From Candidatus Krumholzibacteriia bacterium (lineage in GTDB: Bacteria; Krumholzibacteriota; Krumholzibacteriia; LZORAL124-64-63): a stretch of 64,000 bases of DNA. Below the pieces are notes generated by a model. That model was not told the DNA's origin. It searched no databases and saw only the letters and a list, made by a program, of their open reading frames with translations. The stretch lies in assembly GCA_050174015.1 (NCBI GenBank), contig JBFXKG010000004.1, positions 1-64,000 of the forward strand, in the 5' to 3' direction. Shown piece after piece: positions 49,101-57,455 of the stretch. Every line of letters begins with the position of its first letter. Position 1 is the first letter of the stretch. Both the position numbers and the translations under genes were made by a program.

Positions 49101-49639
49101 AGGACCACCGCCCGGATCGGGGTGTCGTTCAGGTTGGCGAGGGAACACGATCGCACCCAGCCGAACTCGTCGCAGGCGGCCCACCCGTACCGGAAGACCA
49201 GGCCGTGTCCGTGGTGGATCTCCTCGAACACGATCCGGTTGCCGGTGGCGTTCTTGTAGAGGTTGCGCTCGACCAGCGGGGATTCGGCGGTCCCGTCGGC
49301 GAAGGGTTCCCACAGCAGGGGCTCGCGGCCGGGATGCTCCACCCGGACCAGCGTGATCGGCCCGGTGTGGTGATGGGCGTCGTGCAGCCTGTCCACGGTC
49401 AGGTAAGGGAACAGGCTGCCCTCGGGATCCACCCGCCCGGCGGTCAGGCCGCCTCCCGAGGCGATGAACATCCACAGGTCGGTGTCGCTGGGGATGCTGG
49501 CCAGGAACTGGGAAAGCTTGGGGAAGTTGGCGATCCGGTAGCAGACCTCGCCGTCGAGGACCGTGAACCGTCCGCCGGGGACGGCGGGCGTGGTCCTGGT
49601 CCGTGCCGTGCGCAGGTCCGGTGCGGGTCTACCCTTCAT
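46148..49639 (-). CDS. GH149 beta-1,3-glucan phosphorylase
   Basis: About 1160 aa; RRHGDPSRPWN, YEGNWRDIFQNWEAL, IGYWGDHQIIYL, PGMTGQVKE recalled from GH149 members. Confidence 0.85.
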   Translation of the reverse strand: MKGRPAPDLRTARTRTTPAVPGGRFTVLDGEVCYRIANFPKLSQFLASIPSDTDLWMFIASGGGLTAGRVDPEGSLFPYLTVDRLHDAHHHTGPITLVRVEHPGREPLLWEPFADGTAESPLVERNLYKNATGNRIVFEEIHHGHGLVFRYGWAACDEFGWVRSCSLANLNDTPIRAVVLDGLRNVLPYGAPLGLYQQASNLVDAYKKSEIDPESGLGIFSLTAGITDRAEAVEVLRANTVWCCGLDSYRVHLSAAAVGGFRNGEVVAADDVLNGTRGNYLVSFGADLQPRETEEWFLVADSGLDHAGIAGLRRRLVEGEDLPGALASRLREAERNLRRYVASADGLQVTGAPAVWVHHFANVLFNNMRGGVFAANYDVPVEDFTDFLQVRNPAVAERRRAAIAALPDPVTVDDLLAQARATGDADFIRLCLEYLPLHFGRRHGDPSRPWNRFAIRVRNGGGERLLSYEGNWRDIFQNWEALCTAFPGFLPNVVAKFVNASTRDGFNPYRIDRDGVDWETVSPDDPWSNIGYWGDHQIIYLLKLLEAWNRNDPEGLAGMLEAEIFSYAHVPYRIKPYADLLRDPRSTIVFDAELDARIAARVDGHGTDGKLVRGPDGGIYHANLLEKLLVPALAKLSNLVCDAGIWMNTQRPEWNDANNALAGGGVSVVTLCHLRRYLAFLADRLEGRAQQSLPVSAEVVAWFDGIAAALEEAGALTAAGALTSKQRRELLDAFGETFSRYRDKVYADGFSGKTALSLGRVVATCRTALEVIDRGIAANRRPDGLFHTYNLLDADPDGDGAEVQHLYEMLEGQVAALTSGVLDPGESLAILERLFASRLYRPDQRSFILYPERELPGFLEKNSVPAGPAEATPLLADLLAEGDRSVLARDAEGVLRFNATLGNAKDLEAALDGLAADPRWSTAVSRDRQAVLDLYEEVFRHRAYTGRSGAMYGYEGLGCIYWHMVAKLLLAVQETWQRAVAGGADPGVTDELARMYFRIRSGIGYEKSVTEYGAFPTDPYSHTPANGGAKQPGMTGQVKEEILTRRGELGICIEDGVACFRPGLLGPEEFLGTDREFHYFDVEGRENSLLLEPGSLAFTLCQVPVVYQLTEDGAAVTVEFVNGTTREQVGDRLDAPTTAAVLGRTGRVRSLWVAVPKERLTKV

Positions 49640-49669
49640 GCCTCATCCTCCGCTCCATCGTGAACGCAG

Positions 49670-49696
49670 GCCGGGGACCTGCCGGAGGTCCCCGGC
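49670..49696. other. Intergenic hairpin without U-tract
   Basis: GCCGGGGACCT-GCCGG-AGGTCCCCGGC. Confidence 0.55.
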
Positions 49697-49713
49697 GGAT
49701 TCGATCCTCGTCC

Positions 49714-50694
49714 CTACTTCAACAGCACCATGGTGCGGGCCGACTGTCCTTCAGCCGTCCGCAAGACGTAATGGTACGCACCCGCGGCCGCGGGCGTGCC
49801 CGCCGCCGTCCGTCCGTTCCAGGTCACGCCGTGATCGCCAGCGGCCAGGTAACCCCGGTGCAGGACGTCCACCAGGCGGCCGGCCAGGTCGTAGACCGCG
49901 ATCTCGACCTCGCCAGGGGCCTCCAGGCTGAACTCGATCCGGGTCTGGGGATTGAAGGGATTGGGATGGTTGCCGTGAAGGACCGCACCCCGGGCGGCGA
50001 GTCCGGCCGGAACGTTGGAGGCGCTGTCCTCATCGAACAGGATGTTGTCGTAGAAGATGCCCGAGGGTTCATACAGCGTGGCCAGGTTCGAGAACCCGAA
50101 CTGGATGAGCTGGCCGACCAGGCTCGCATCGATGGTGATCGACAGGCTGTAGCCCTGCCAGGTCACGTCGATCGCCGTCATGTCCGCCGTGATGAAGTTG
50201 GTCGTGGCGTAGCCGGCGCTCGGATCCAGGGTCTTGATGAAGGCCAAGGCCGTCGAAGTGCCGCTGATGTTGCCCAGCTTGGCGTTGAAGGAGTACTTGA
50301 AGGTCTTGCCCACGTCGCCGGCCAGGACCGTCTGTTCCTGGAAGACGTTCGACTCGATCCAGTTGCCGGCCGCATGGTCCAGGTTGTTGTAGTCGCTGTA
50401 GACCGAGAGCTGCTGCAGGCCCTGGTCCACCCCTCCCTCGCCGACGGCGATGGCGCAGAAGGCCGCCCCGTCATTGGGCGCAGGGAAGACTCCGTAGCCG
50501 TAAAGGTAGTTCATGGCGGAATCGAAAACATTGCCGTAGACCACCCAGCCGTCGTTGCCGAGGGCGTCCACGTCGGTCTGGACCAGGGCTTCGAAGTCCT
50601 GGCTGTAGGGCGTGATCGCATGGGCCGCCAGGGGCGCCAGGCAGACCAGCAGTGCCGCCACAGCCGGCAGGAAACGCGATCGCTTGGACATCAT
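49714..50694 (-). CDS. Secreted CBM-like protein with FlgD-like CTD
   Basis: Core highly similar to 42111..42830; PNPFNP..WNGR..MVLLK; GGAGG RBS. Confidence 0.82.
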   Translation of the reverse strand: MMSKRSRFLPAVAALLVCLAPLAAHAITPYSQDFEALVQTDVDALGNDGWVVYGNVFDSAMNYLYGYGVFPAPNDGAAFCAIAVGEGGVDQGLQQLSVYSDYNNLDHAAGNWIESNVFQEQTVLAGDVGKTFKYSFNAKLGNISGTSTALAFIKTLDPSAGYATTNFITADMTAIDVTWQGYSLSITIDASLVGQLIQFGFSNLATLYEPSGIFYDNILFDEDSASNVPAGLAARGAVLHGNHPNPFNPQTRIEFSLEAPGEVEIAVYDLAGRLVDVLHRGYLAAGDHGVTWNGRTAAGTPAAAGAYHYVLRTAEGQSARTMVLLK

Positions 50695-50957
50695 CGGATT
50701 ACCTCCTGCAGTGAGCCTGTTCACGGCTCAAAAAAACCGCCGCTGCGAGAAAAACTTGGCCGGCCGGGCGATCGGGCCTGGTCGTCCCGGATCCGGGGTG
50801 CGGGGCAGCCGGTCCTCGGTCCCGACCGTCGTCCGCTCCGCTGTCTCGAGGTCGATCCGGGCCGGGGTCAAGTGATGCCCATATGCGAGCGGGAAGACCG
50901 GCCTTGCTCGAAATTCTCCGGTTGCCGGATTTCCCGGCCCCCGGCGAGAATGCCCTC

Positions 50958-51007
50958 TTGACAGGACTGCTGGTATTATACACTATGTTCGGAGTCCGAA
51001 CAAAGGG
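50958..51007. promoter_or_regulatory. Divergent promoters with 27-bp operator
   Basis: CACTATGTTCGGAGTCCGAACAAAGGG at 50981..51007; minus TTGTTC-17-TATAAT; plus TTGACA at 50958. Confidence 0.75.
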
Positions 51008-51029
51008 AAATTTCGGGGGTGGAAAACCC

Positions 51030-52442
51030 GTGGCCAGACATCGCTTTCCCGAGGGATTCCTCTGGGGCACCGCCACCAGCGCCCAGCAGATCGAAGGCGG
51101 CCGCCATGACGGCGGGCGGGGCGAATCCATCTGGGACCGCTTCGCGGCCATCCCGGGCAAGATCGCCGACGGCTCCCGCCCCGACGTGACCTGTGACCAC
51201 TACCATCGCTGGCGGGAAGACATCGGACTGATGTCCGGCCTGGGGATGGGCGCCTACAGGTTCTCCATCGCCTGGCCGCGGATCATCCCCGCCGGCCGCG
51301 GCAAGGCCGATCCCGCGGGCCTCGACTTCTATGACGGCCTGGTGGACGGCCTGCTGGAAGCGGGCATCCAGCCCTTCCCCACGCTCTACCACTGGGACCT
51401 GCCCCAGGTGCTGCAGGACGAAGGCGGGTGGGCGAACCGCAACCTCACCGGGGCGTTCGCGGATTACGCCGCCGCGGTGGTGAGGCGCCTGGGCGATCGC
51501 GTCAAGCGCTGGACCACACACAACGAGCCCTGGTGCATCGCCACCCTCGGCCACGAGGAGGGGCATCACGCCCCCGGACACACCGATCCGGCCGAAGGTC
51601 TCCGCGTGGCCCACCACCTGCTGCTGTCCCACGGCCTGGCCGCGGGCGTCATCCGCGACGAGGTCCCCGGCGCCGAGGTGGGGATCGTCCTCATCCATTG
51701 CCCCGCGGAACCGGCCACACCCAGGGAGTCCGACCGCGAGGCCGCCCGCTGGTTCGACGGATTCTTCAACCGCTGGTACCTGGATCCCCTCTTCAGGAGC
51801 CGCTATCCCGAAGACGCGGTCTGGGACCGGGTGCAGCGCGGCCACCTGCCTGGCTCGGACCTGCCCTTCCTGCGGGACGGCGATCTCGAAACCATCGCCG
51901 CGCCCCTGGATTTCCTGGGCCTGAACTACTACAGCCGGAACGTCATGCGGATGGGGCCCGCCGGCCTGCCCGAGGCCGTGCCCGCCCCACCCTCCGCCGA
52001 GCGGACGGCGATGGGCTGGGAGGTCCATCCCCGGGGCATGGAGGACGCCCTCCTGCGCGTGCACCGCGACTACGGGCCCGGCTGCATCTACGTCACCGAG
52101 AACGGAGCGGCCTTTCCCGACCCCGCGCCGGTGGACGGCCGCATCGCCGACCCCCGGCGCATCGCCTATCTGCGGGGACATCTGCTGGCGGTCCATCGGG
52201 CCGTCGCGGCGGGCGTTCCCGTGCGCGGCTACTTCGCCTGGTCCCTGCTGGACAACTTCGAATGGGGATACGGATTCGAGAAGACCTTCGGCCTGTTCGC
52301 CCTCGAGCCGGACACCCTGGACCGGATCCCCAAGGACAGCGCCTTCTGGTATCGCGACGCCGCGGCGGTCAACGCCGTGGACGACGATGACGACCACCCC
52401 CTCCCTTCAACCCGAGGAGAGTCCCGTGCACTCGATGCTTAG
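51030..52442 (+). CDS. bglA: GH1 beta-glucosidase
   Basis: FLWGTATSAQQIEG, THNEP, YVTENG, DNFEW. Confidence 0.95.
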   Translation: MARHRFPEGFLWGTATSAQQIEGGRHDGGRGESIWDRFAAIPGKIADGSRPDVTCDHYHRWREDIGLMSGLGMGAYRFSIAWPRIIPAGRGKADPAGLDFYDGLVDGLLEAGIQPFPTLYHWDLPQVLQDEGGWANRNLTGAFADYAAAVVRRLGDRVKRWTTHNEPWCIATLGHEEGHHAPGHTDPAEGLRVAHHLLLSHGLAAGVIRDEVPGAEVGIVLIHCPAEPATPRESDREAARWFDGFFNRWYLDPLFRSRYPEDAVWDRVQRGHLPGSDLPFLRDGDLETIAAPLDFLGLNYYSRNVMRMGPAGLPEAVPAPPSAERTAMGWEVHPRGMEDALLRVHRDYGPGCIYVTENGAAFPDPAPVDGRIADPRRIAYLRGHLLAVHRAVAAGVPVRGYFAWSLLDNFEWGYGFEKTFGLFALEPDTLDRIPKDSAFWYRDAAAVNAVDDDDDHPLPSTRGESRALDA

Positions 52443-55400
52443 CGGCAACCCGTTGCGCCATGCCCCTGGTGTGGCCCTGCTCGTGGTCCTGGCGATCGGC
52501 GGATCGTCCGCCTGGTCGGCCGAACCGGCCCTGCCCGCGATCGAGGTCGTCAAGGACGAGACCGGATCGCGCCTGATGGTCGGCGGCGAGGACTTCATGG
52601 TCTTCGGCATGAACTGGGACTACATGCCCATCGGGCAGAACTACTCGTACGACTTCTGGGGCAAGCCGGACGACTTCATCAAGGCGGCGCTCGAGAAGGA
52701 GATGTCCCTGATGAAGGCGATGGGGATCAACGTCATCCGCCACTACGTGGGCATGCCGCCGCGCTGGGTGCAGTACGTCTACGAGACCTACGGAATCTGG
52801 ACCGTGATCAACCACACCGTCGGCCGCTACGGCATGACCATCGACGGGGTGTGGATCCCGAACACCGACTACAGCGATCCTCGGGCGCGCGAGATCCTCA
52901 AGGCCGAGGTCCGCGCCCTGGTCGAGGAGTTCCGGGGCACGCCGGGTCTGCTGATGTACATGCTCGGCAACGAGAACAACTACGGCCTGTCCTGGTCCTC
53001 GTTCGAGATCGAGGCCCTGCCCGAGGGAGAGCGGTACGCCGCCAAGGCCGAGTTCCTGTACTCCCTCTTCGGCGAGGTCATCGCCGAGATCAAGAAGATC
53101 GACGCCGACGTGCCCGTCACCATGGCCAACGGCGACCTGGGCTACATCGACCTGATCGCCAAGCACTGCGACGGATTGGACGTCTTCGGCACGAACGTCT
53201 ACCGAGGGATCTCGGCGCGCGACCTCTACGAAGAGGTCGAGGCCAAGCTGGGCCTGCCCATCATGTACACCGAGTTCGGCTGCGACGCCTTCAACGCGAT
53301 CACGATGAAGGAGGACCAGATCAACCAGGCCTACTACCTGCTCGGCCAGTGGCGCGAGATCTACGAGCAGTCCGCGGGCAAGGGCAAGGTCGGCAACGCC
53401 ATCGGCGGCATGATCTTCCAGTGGAGCGACGGTTGGTGGAAGTTCCGCCAGGAGGAGCGCCTGGACATCCACGACACCAACGCCTCCTGGCCCAACGGCG
53501 GCTATCCCTTCGACTACCGCGAGGGCGAGAACAACATGAACGAGGAATGGTGGGGCATCTGCGCCAAGGGCTTCAACGACTCGCGCGGCCTCTACGAGGT
53601 CTATCCCCGGGCGGCCTACTACGCCCTGCGCGACGCCTTCCGCCTCGACCCGTACGCGCCGGACACGGACCTCGACGCCATCATCGAGCACTTCGGCAGG
53701 ATCAGCCCCATGGGCGCGGTGACCGCGGCCCGGGGCGACAAGGCCGCCCTGGTCGGCGACAAGCTGAGCAAGGTGCGCGTCTCGAACCTGCGCATGGAGT
53801 TCGAGACCTTCAGCACCGGCGGCGAGAACACCGCCATCCCCGAGGACATCACCGATCCGGTCCAGTACCCGGCCTTCCGCGGCTTCGACCAGCAGCAGTC
53901 GTTCTACATGGACGTCGAGGCGCAGCCGAACTCGAACGTCGTCGGCCGGCTGTCGTTGAACGTGCTCGGACAGGTGGCGAAGAATCCGATCGACGAGATC
54001 TTCTACGAGAACCGAGGCCGCTCGCGCACCGTCGCCGACGTCGACGGCGACGAGTTCGACCTGAACGATCTGAACCGGGTGCAGATCTACCAGGCCTCGA
54101 TCAACTGGGACGACCGCTGGTTCATGCTGGACGCCTTCTACCGCACCGGACACCTGCACTGGCAGTACGAGGGCGACTTCTTCGGCCTGTACCGCGACGC
54201 CTTCTACGGCGAGAACCTCGACATCTACAACGGCGAGGCTCCGCTGGGGGTCGAGATCTCGGGCAAGCGGATGTTCAGCGGCCTGAAGCTCGCCTTCGGT
54301 CCGCAGCTGTGGTGGGGCGCCAATCCGGCCTTCTTCGTCAAGTACCAGCGCAACTTCGCCGGCTTCGGCTGGACGACGATCTTCCAGGAGGACTTCGCGC
54401 AGCAGACCGAGACCACCAGTTCGATCGCCATCCCGGTCCCCAAGACCCGCAAGTGGGCGCTTTCGGCCACGAAGTCCTACGGCGGGTTCGACTTCGAGGG
54501 CGGCGTGCTCTGGGCGGGCCAGCCGCGCAAGGGCGACGTCTTCCAGCTGGTCGACGAGGAGATCGTCGCCTCCGGTGAGATCGCGCCCGGGGACGTCAAG
54601 CAGGACAGGATCAAGGCCGAGGACGCCTTCGGCTTCAAGGGCAAGCTGATCTGGCAGAAGGGCGCCTGGCGCTGGTACGGCCAGGGGGCCTACATGGGCC
54701 TGGTGGCCGACGGCGGCCCGTCGAACATCCACACCTTCACGGGCTGGCAGCTGAAGGACAGCGGCTCGGGCAACCAGACCAACGCCCTGACCGGATTCAC
54801 CTACAACAAGGGCGACTGGCAGTTCGGCCCGAACTTCCTGTGGCAGAAGCCCCTCGTCGGTCCGATGCCGCACAGCGAAGACCTGATCGGCACCGCCGGA
54901 CGCCCGCGCAACTGGCAGTCGGACCCCTTCGCGGTGATCTGGAACCGCGAGACCACCGCGGCCGAGATCCTGATCACCTACGACCCCCAGCCGGCCACCT
55001 GGTTCTACGCCTGGGACAACGACCGCCGCGAAAGCGCCGACCTGGCCTTCTCCCTCGGCCTGGTTCTGCGCAAGCACCACACCACGGCCGACGCCGGGCT
55101 GTTCGTGGCCGACACCGGCGTCATCTACCCGCACCCCGGCGGCACGCCCGCGCGCGACTGGGGCGACCTGTGGCACGTCCACGCCCGGATCGTGAACAGG
55201 CTGCCGCTGTTCGGGGAGGCCAAGCAGGTCAGCATGCTGATGCTGGGAACGGCCGAGCCGCGCGGCGACGACGAGCGCCTGGACACGATGTTCGGCCTGG
55301 GGACGCGCCTCATGTGGCCGCGCGTCTCGGCGTCGGGCACCTTCTCGGTGAACTCGTTCGGTCCCTACGACTACCACAGGGAGTTCAACATGACCTACCC

Positions 55401-55632
55401 CCTGCAGGTGATGTGGGAACTCAGCTACCACCTGGGCAATCCGCAGTGGTTCTACGGCGAGAACGAGACCCGGATCGGCGTGCGCGCCACCTACCGCACG
55501 CTGGACCGATACTCGCCGCGCTACGCGCCGGAAGGGGAACCCGTCCCCGAGATCCAGGGCGAACTCTACCCCGAGGGCCTGCCCGACGGGAAGGAATGGG
55601 AGATCCGCACCTTCCTGCACCTGTCCATCTGA
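52426..55632 (+). CDS. Exported clan GH-A (GH2-like) TIM-barrel glycosidase fused to probable outer-membrane beta-barrel
   Basis: Signal peptide; LGNENN and YTEFG; C-terminal ~600 aa of amphipathic strands ending WEIRTFLHLSI. Confidence 0.75.
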   Translation: MHSMLSGNPLRHAPGVALLVVLAIGGSSAWSAEPALPAIEVVKDETGSRLMVGGEDFMVFGMNWDYMPIGQNYSYDFWGKPDDFIKAALEKEMSLMKAMGINVIRHYVGMPPRWVQYVYETYGIWTVINHTVGRYGMTIDGVWIPNTDYSDPRAREILKAEVRALVEEFRGTPGLLMYMLGNENNYGLSWSSFEIEALPEGERYAAKAEFLYSLFGEVIAEIKKIDADVPVTMANGDLGYIDLIAKHCDGLDVFGTNVYRGISARDLYEEVEAKLGLPIMYTEFGCDAFNAITMKEDQINQAYYLLGQWREIYEQSAGKGKVGNAIGGMIFQWSDGWWKFRQEERLDIHDTNASWPNGGYPFDYREGENNMNEEWWGICAKGFNDSRGLYEVYPRAAYYALRDAFRLDPYAPDTDLDAIIEHFGRISPMGAVTAARGDKAALVGDKLSKVRVSNLRMEFETFSTGGENTAIPEDITDPVQYPAFRGFDQQQSFYMDVEAQPNSNVVGRLSLNVLGQVAKNPIDEIFYENRGRSRTVADVDGDEFDLNDLNRVQIYQASINWDDRWFMLDAFYRTGHLHWQYEGDFFGLYRDAFYGENLDIYNGEAPLGVEISGKRMFSGLKLAFGPQLWWGANPAFFVKYQRNFAGFGWTTIFQEDFAQQTETTSSIAIPVPKTRKWALSATKSYGGFDFEGGVLWAGQPRKGDVFQLVDEEIVASGEIAPGDVKQDRIKAEDAFGFKGKLIWQKGAWRWYGQGAYMGLVADGGPSNIHTFTGWQLKDSGSGNQTNALTGFTYNKGDWQFGPNFLWQKPLVGPMPHSEDLIGTAGRPRNWQSDPFAVIWNRETTAAEILITYDPQPATWFYAWDNDRRESADLAFSLGLVLRKHHTTADAGLFVADTGVIYPHPGGTPARDWGDLWHVHARIVNRLPLFGEAKQVSMLMLGTAEPRGDDERLDTMFGLGTRLMWPRVSASGTFSVNSFGPYDYHREFNMTYPLQVMWELSYHLGNPQWFYGENETRIGVRATYRTLDRYSPRYAPEGEPVPEIQGELYPEGLPDGKEWEIRTFLHLSI

Positions 55633-55661
55633 GCCGGGGCGGCATGCCCCGCGCCAAGACG

Positions 55662-55687
55662 ACGGCCCGGTTTCGCGACCGGGCCGT
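55662..55687. terminator. Hairpin between convergent genes
   Basis: ACGGCCCGGT-TTCGCG-ACCGGGCCGT. Confidence 0.65.
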
Positions 55688-55710
55688 TCCTTCAGAATGA
55701 CCGATCCAGG

Positions 55711-57156
55711 CTAGAACCTGTTCCACAGCATCTGGTTGGTCACCTCGTGGTGGAACATGATCTCGGCGCGCTTGATGCGGTCGCCCAGCTCCCGGGGGCA
55801 GCGGTGGGCGCACATCTGCTTGAGCTCGAGATACTTGGCGTGACTGTCGGGCTCCATGAGTTCGCGGACCCACCCGCTGCGCCGGTAGCTGGTCATCGCG
55901 TCGTAGATGTTCCCCGGCAAAAGCCGCTTGCGGATGCGCTGGGGCTTGGGGGCGTCCTTCGGCGGTTCGGGACCCTCCAGCCCGGTCCGCAGCAGGGCGT
56001 AGATCACCAGGTAGGGGTTGGCGTCCGGTCCGACCGAACGGACCTCCAGGCGCTGGCCCGCGGGCCCGGCGTAGGGGATCCGGATCATGGAGCTGCGGTC
56101 CACGCTGCTGGCGGCGATCTCGTTGGGAGCCTCGAAGTGGGGATCGAGCCGGCGGTAGGCGTTGACGCTGGCATTGAGGATCAGGCACAGATCCTCGGCG
56201 CTGTGCAGGATGCGCCGGGTGAACTTCCGCCCCAGGACGGAAAGGTTGTCCTTGCCCTTGTCGTCCCAGAACTGGTTCACTCCGTCCTTGGCCAGGCTGA
56301 TGTTGGTGTGCATGCCGCTGCCGTTGATCCCGGTGATGGGCTTGGGCAGGAAGCTGGCGGTCATGTCCATGCTCTGGGCGACCTGGCGGCAGAGCAGCTT
56401 GTAGAGCTGGACCCGGTCCGCCGCGATCAGCGCCGGCGCGTACTTGAAGTTCATCTCGAACTGGCTGGGGCCCACCTCGGGGTGATCCTTCTCGTTCTCG
56501 AAGGCCATGGCGCGCTGCACCTCGGCCGCCGCGTCGATGAACTGGCGCAGCGGATCCTGGGGCAGGCTGTTGAAGTAGCCCCCCGTGGAGATGAGTTCGA
56601 ACTTGCCGGTCCGGTAGTACTTGCGCTCGGCGTCGCGGCCGTTGAACAGGAAGCCCTCGATCTCCGAGGCGACGTTGGCCACCAGACCTTGTTCGCGATA
56701 CAGCTTCTCGGTGTAGGCCAGCAGGCGCCCCCGGAAGTCCGCCTCGTAGGGCCGGCCGTCGCGGTCGAGCACGTGGCCGAAGACCAGGACCTTCCCGGGA
56801 CCGAAGATGTCCGCCGGCATCCAGTAGAAGGCCCGCCAGTCGATCTCCAGCCGCAGGTCGCTCTCCGCGATCGCGGTGAAGCCGCGGATGGAGGACCCGT
56901 CGAAGGTCAGGATGTCGCTCTTCAGCAGGAACTTCTTGTCGTAGTCCAGCATGTGGAAGCGGCCCTCGAGATCGGTGAAGGCCACGGTGACGGCCTTGAT
57001 GCGCTTCTCGGACTCCAGGTAGCTCCGCCTCTCCGCCTCGACCTCGTCCATGGGGCGCCACTGCACCTTGTTGTCCAGGGATGTCAGGTTGAGTTCCTCG
57101 AGCTTCTCGTAGGGGATTTCCAGGAATTCGCGCAGGGGGGCGTTGGACGGGGTCAT
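55711..57156 (-). CDS. glnA: Glutamine synthetase type I family protein
   Basis: FDGSSIRGF, HPEV..QFE, PKP..NGSGMHTN, FEAP, RLEVR..ANPYL. Confidence 0.88.
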   Translation of the reverse strand: MTPSNAPLREFLEIPYEKLEELNLTSLDNKVQWRPMDEVEAERRSYLESEKRIKAVTVAFTDLEGRFHMLDYDKKFLLKSDILTFDGSSIRGFTAIAESDLRLEIDWRAFYWMPADIFGPGKVLVFGHVLDRDGRPYEADFRGRLLAYTEKLYREQGLVANVASEIEGFLFNGRDAERKYYRTGKFELISTGGYFNSLPQDPLRQFIDAAAEVQRAMAFENEKDHPEVGPSQFEMNFKYAPALIAADRVQLYKLLCRQVAQSMDMTASFLPKPITGINGSGMHTNISLAKDGVNQFWDDKGKDNLSVLGRKFTRRILHSAEDLCLILNASVNAYRRLDPHFEAPNEIAASSVDRSSMIRIPYAGPAGQRLEVRSVGPDANPYLVIYALLRTGLEGPEPPKDAPKPQRIRKRLLPGNIYDAMTSYRRSGWVRELMEPDSHAKYLELKQMCAHRCPRELGDRIKRAEIMFHHEVTNQMLWNRF

Positions 57157-57455
57157 GACGGGCCTTTCGTTCAGGGGAAATGCAGAAGACCGCATGGATA
57201 TATTATAACCCTAAATTTGTCAAGAATAGACTAAATTATCTGAAAAATCTGAATTTTTCTCAAATTTTTCAAATTTAAACATATTTTGATTAAAATTTAA
57301 GGTAAACATTGTAATATGCCGGAAAATTTTCCGAGCTTTCACAAGTACCGCAGAACCACACCCCTTGACGATGGGGAAAAGCAACCCAAGCGGGACAGTC
57401 ATGCGAACTCGGAAAAAGAGAGGTGTTTTCTGGGCTAAAATCCCCTAACACCTTG

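Noticed and set aside
46128..49475. 1651-aa ORF as one protein
   Set aside because: The first ~1116 codons are an off-frame overlap with GH149; the real gene starts at 46127 with RBS and signal peptide. The same logic shortened hydA and the [NiFe] subunits.
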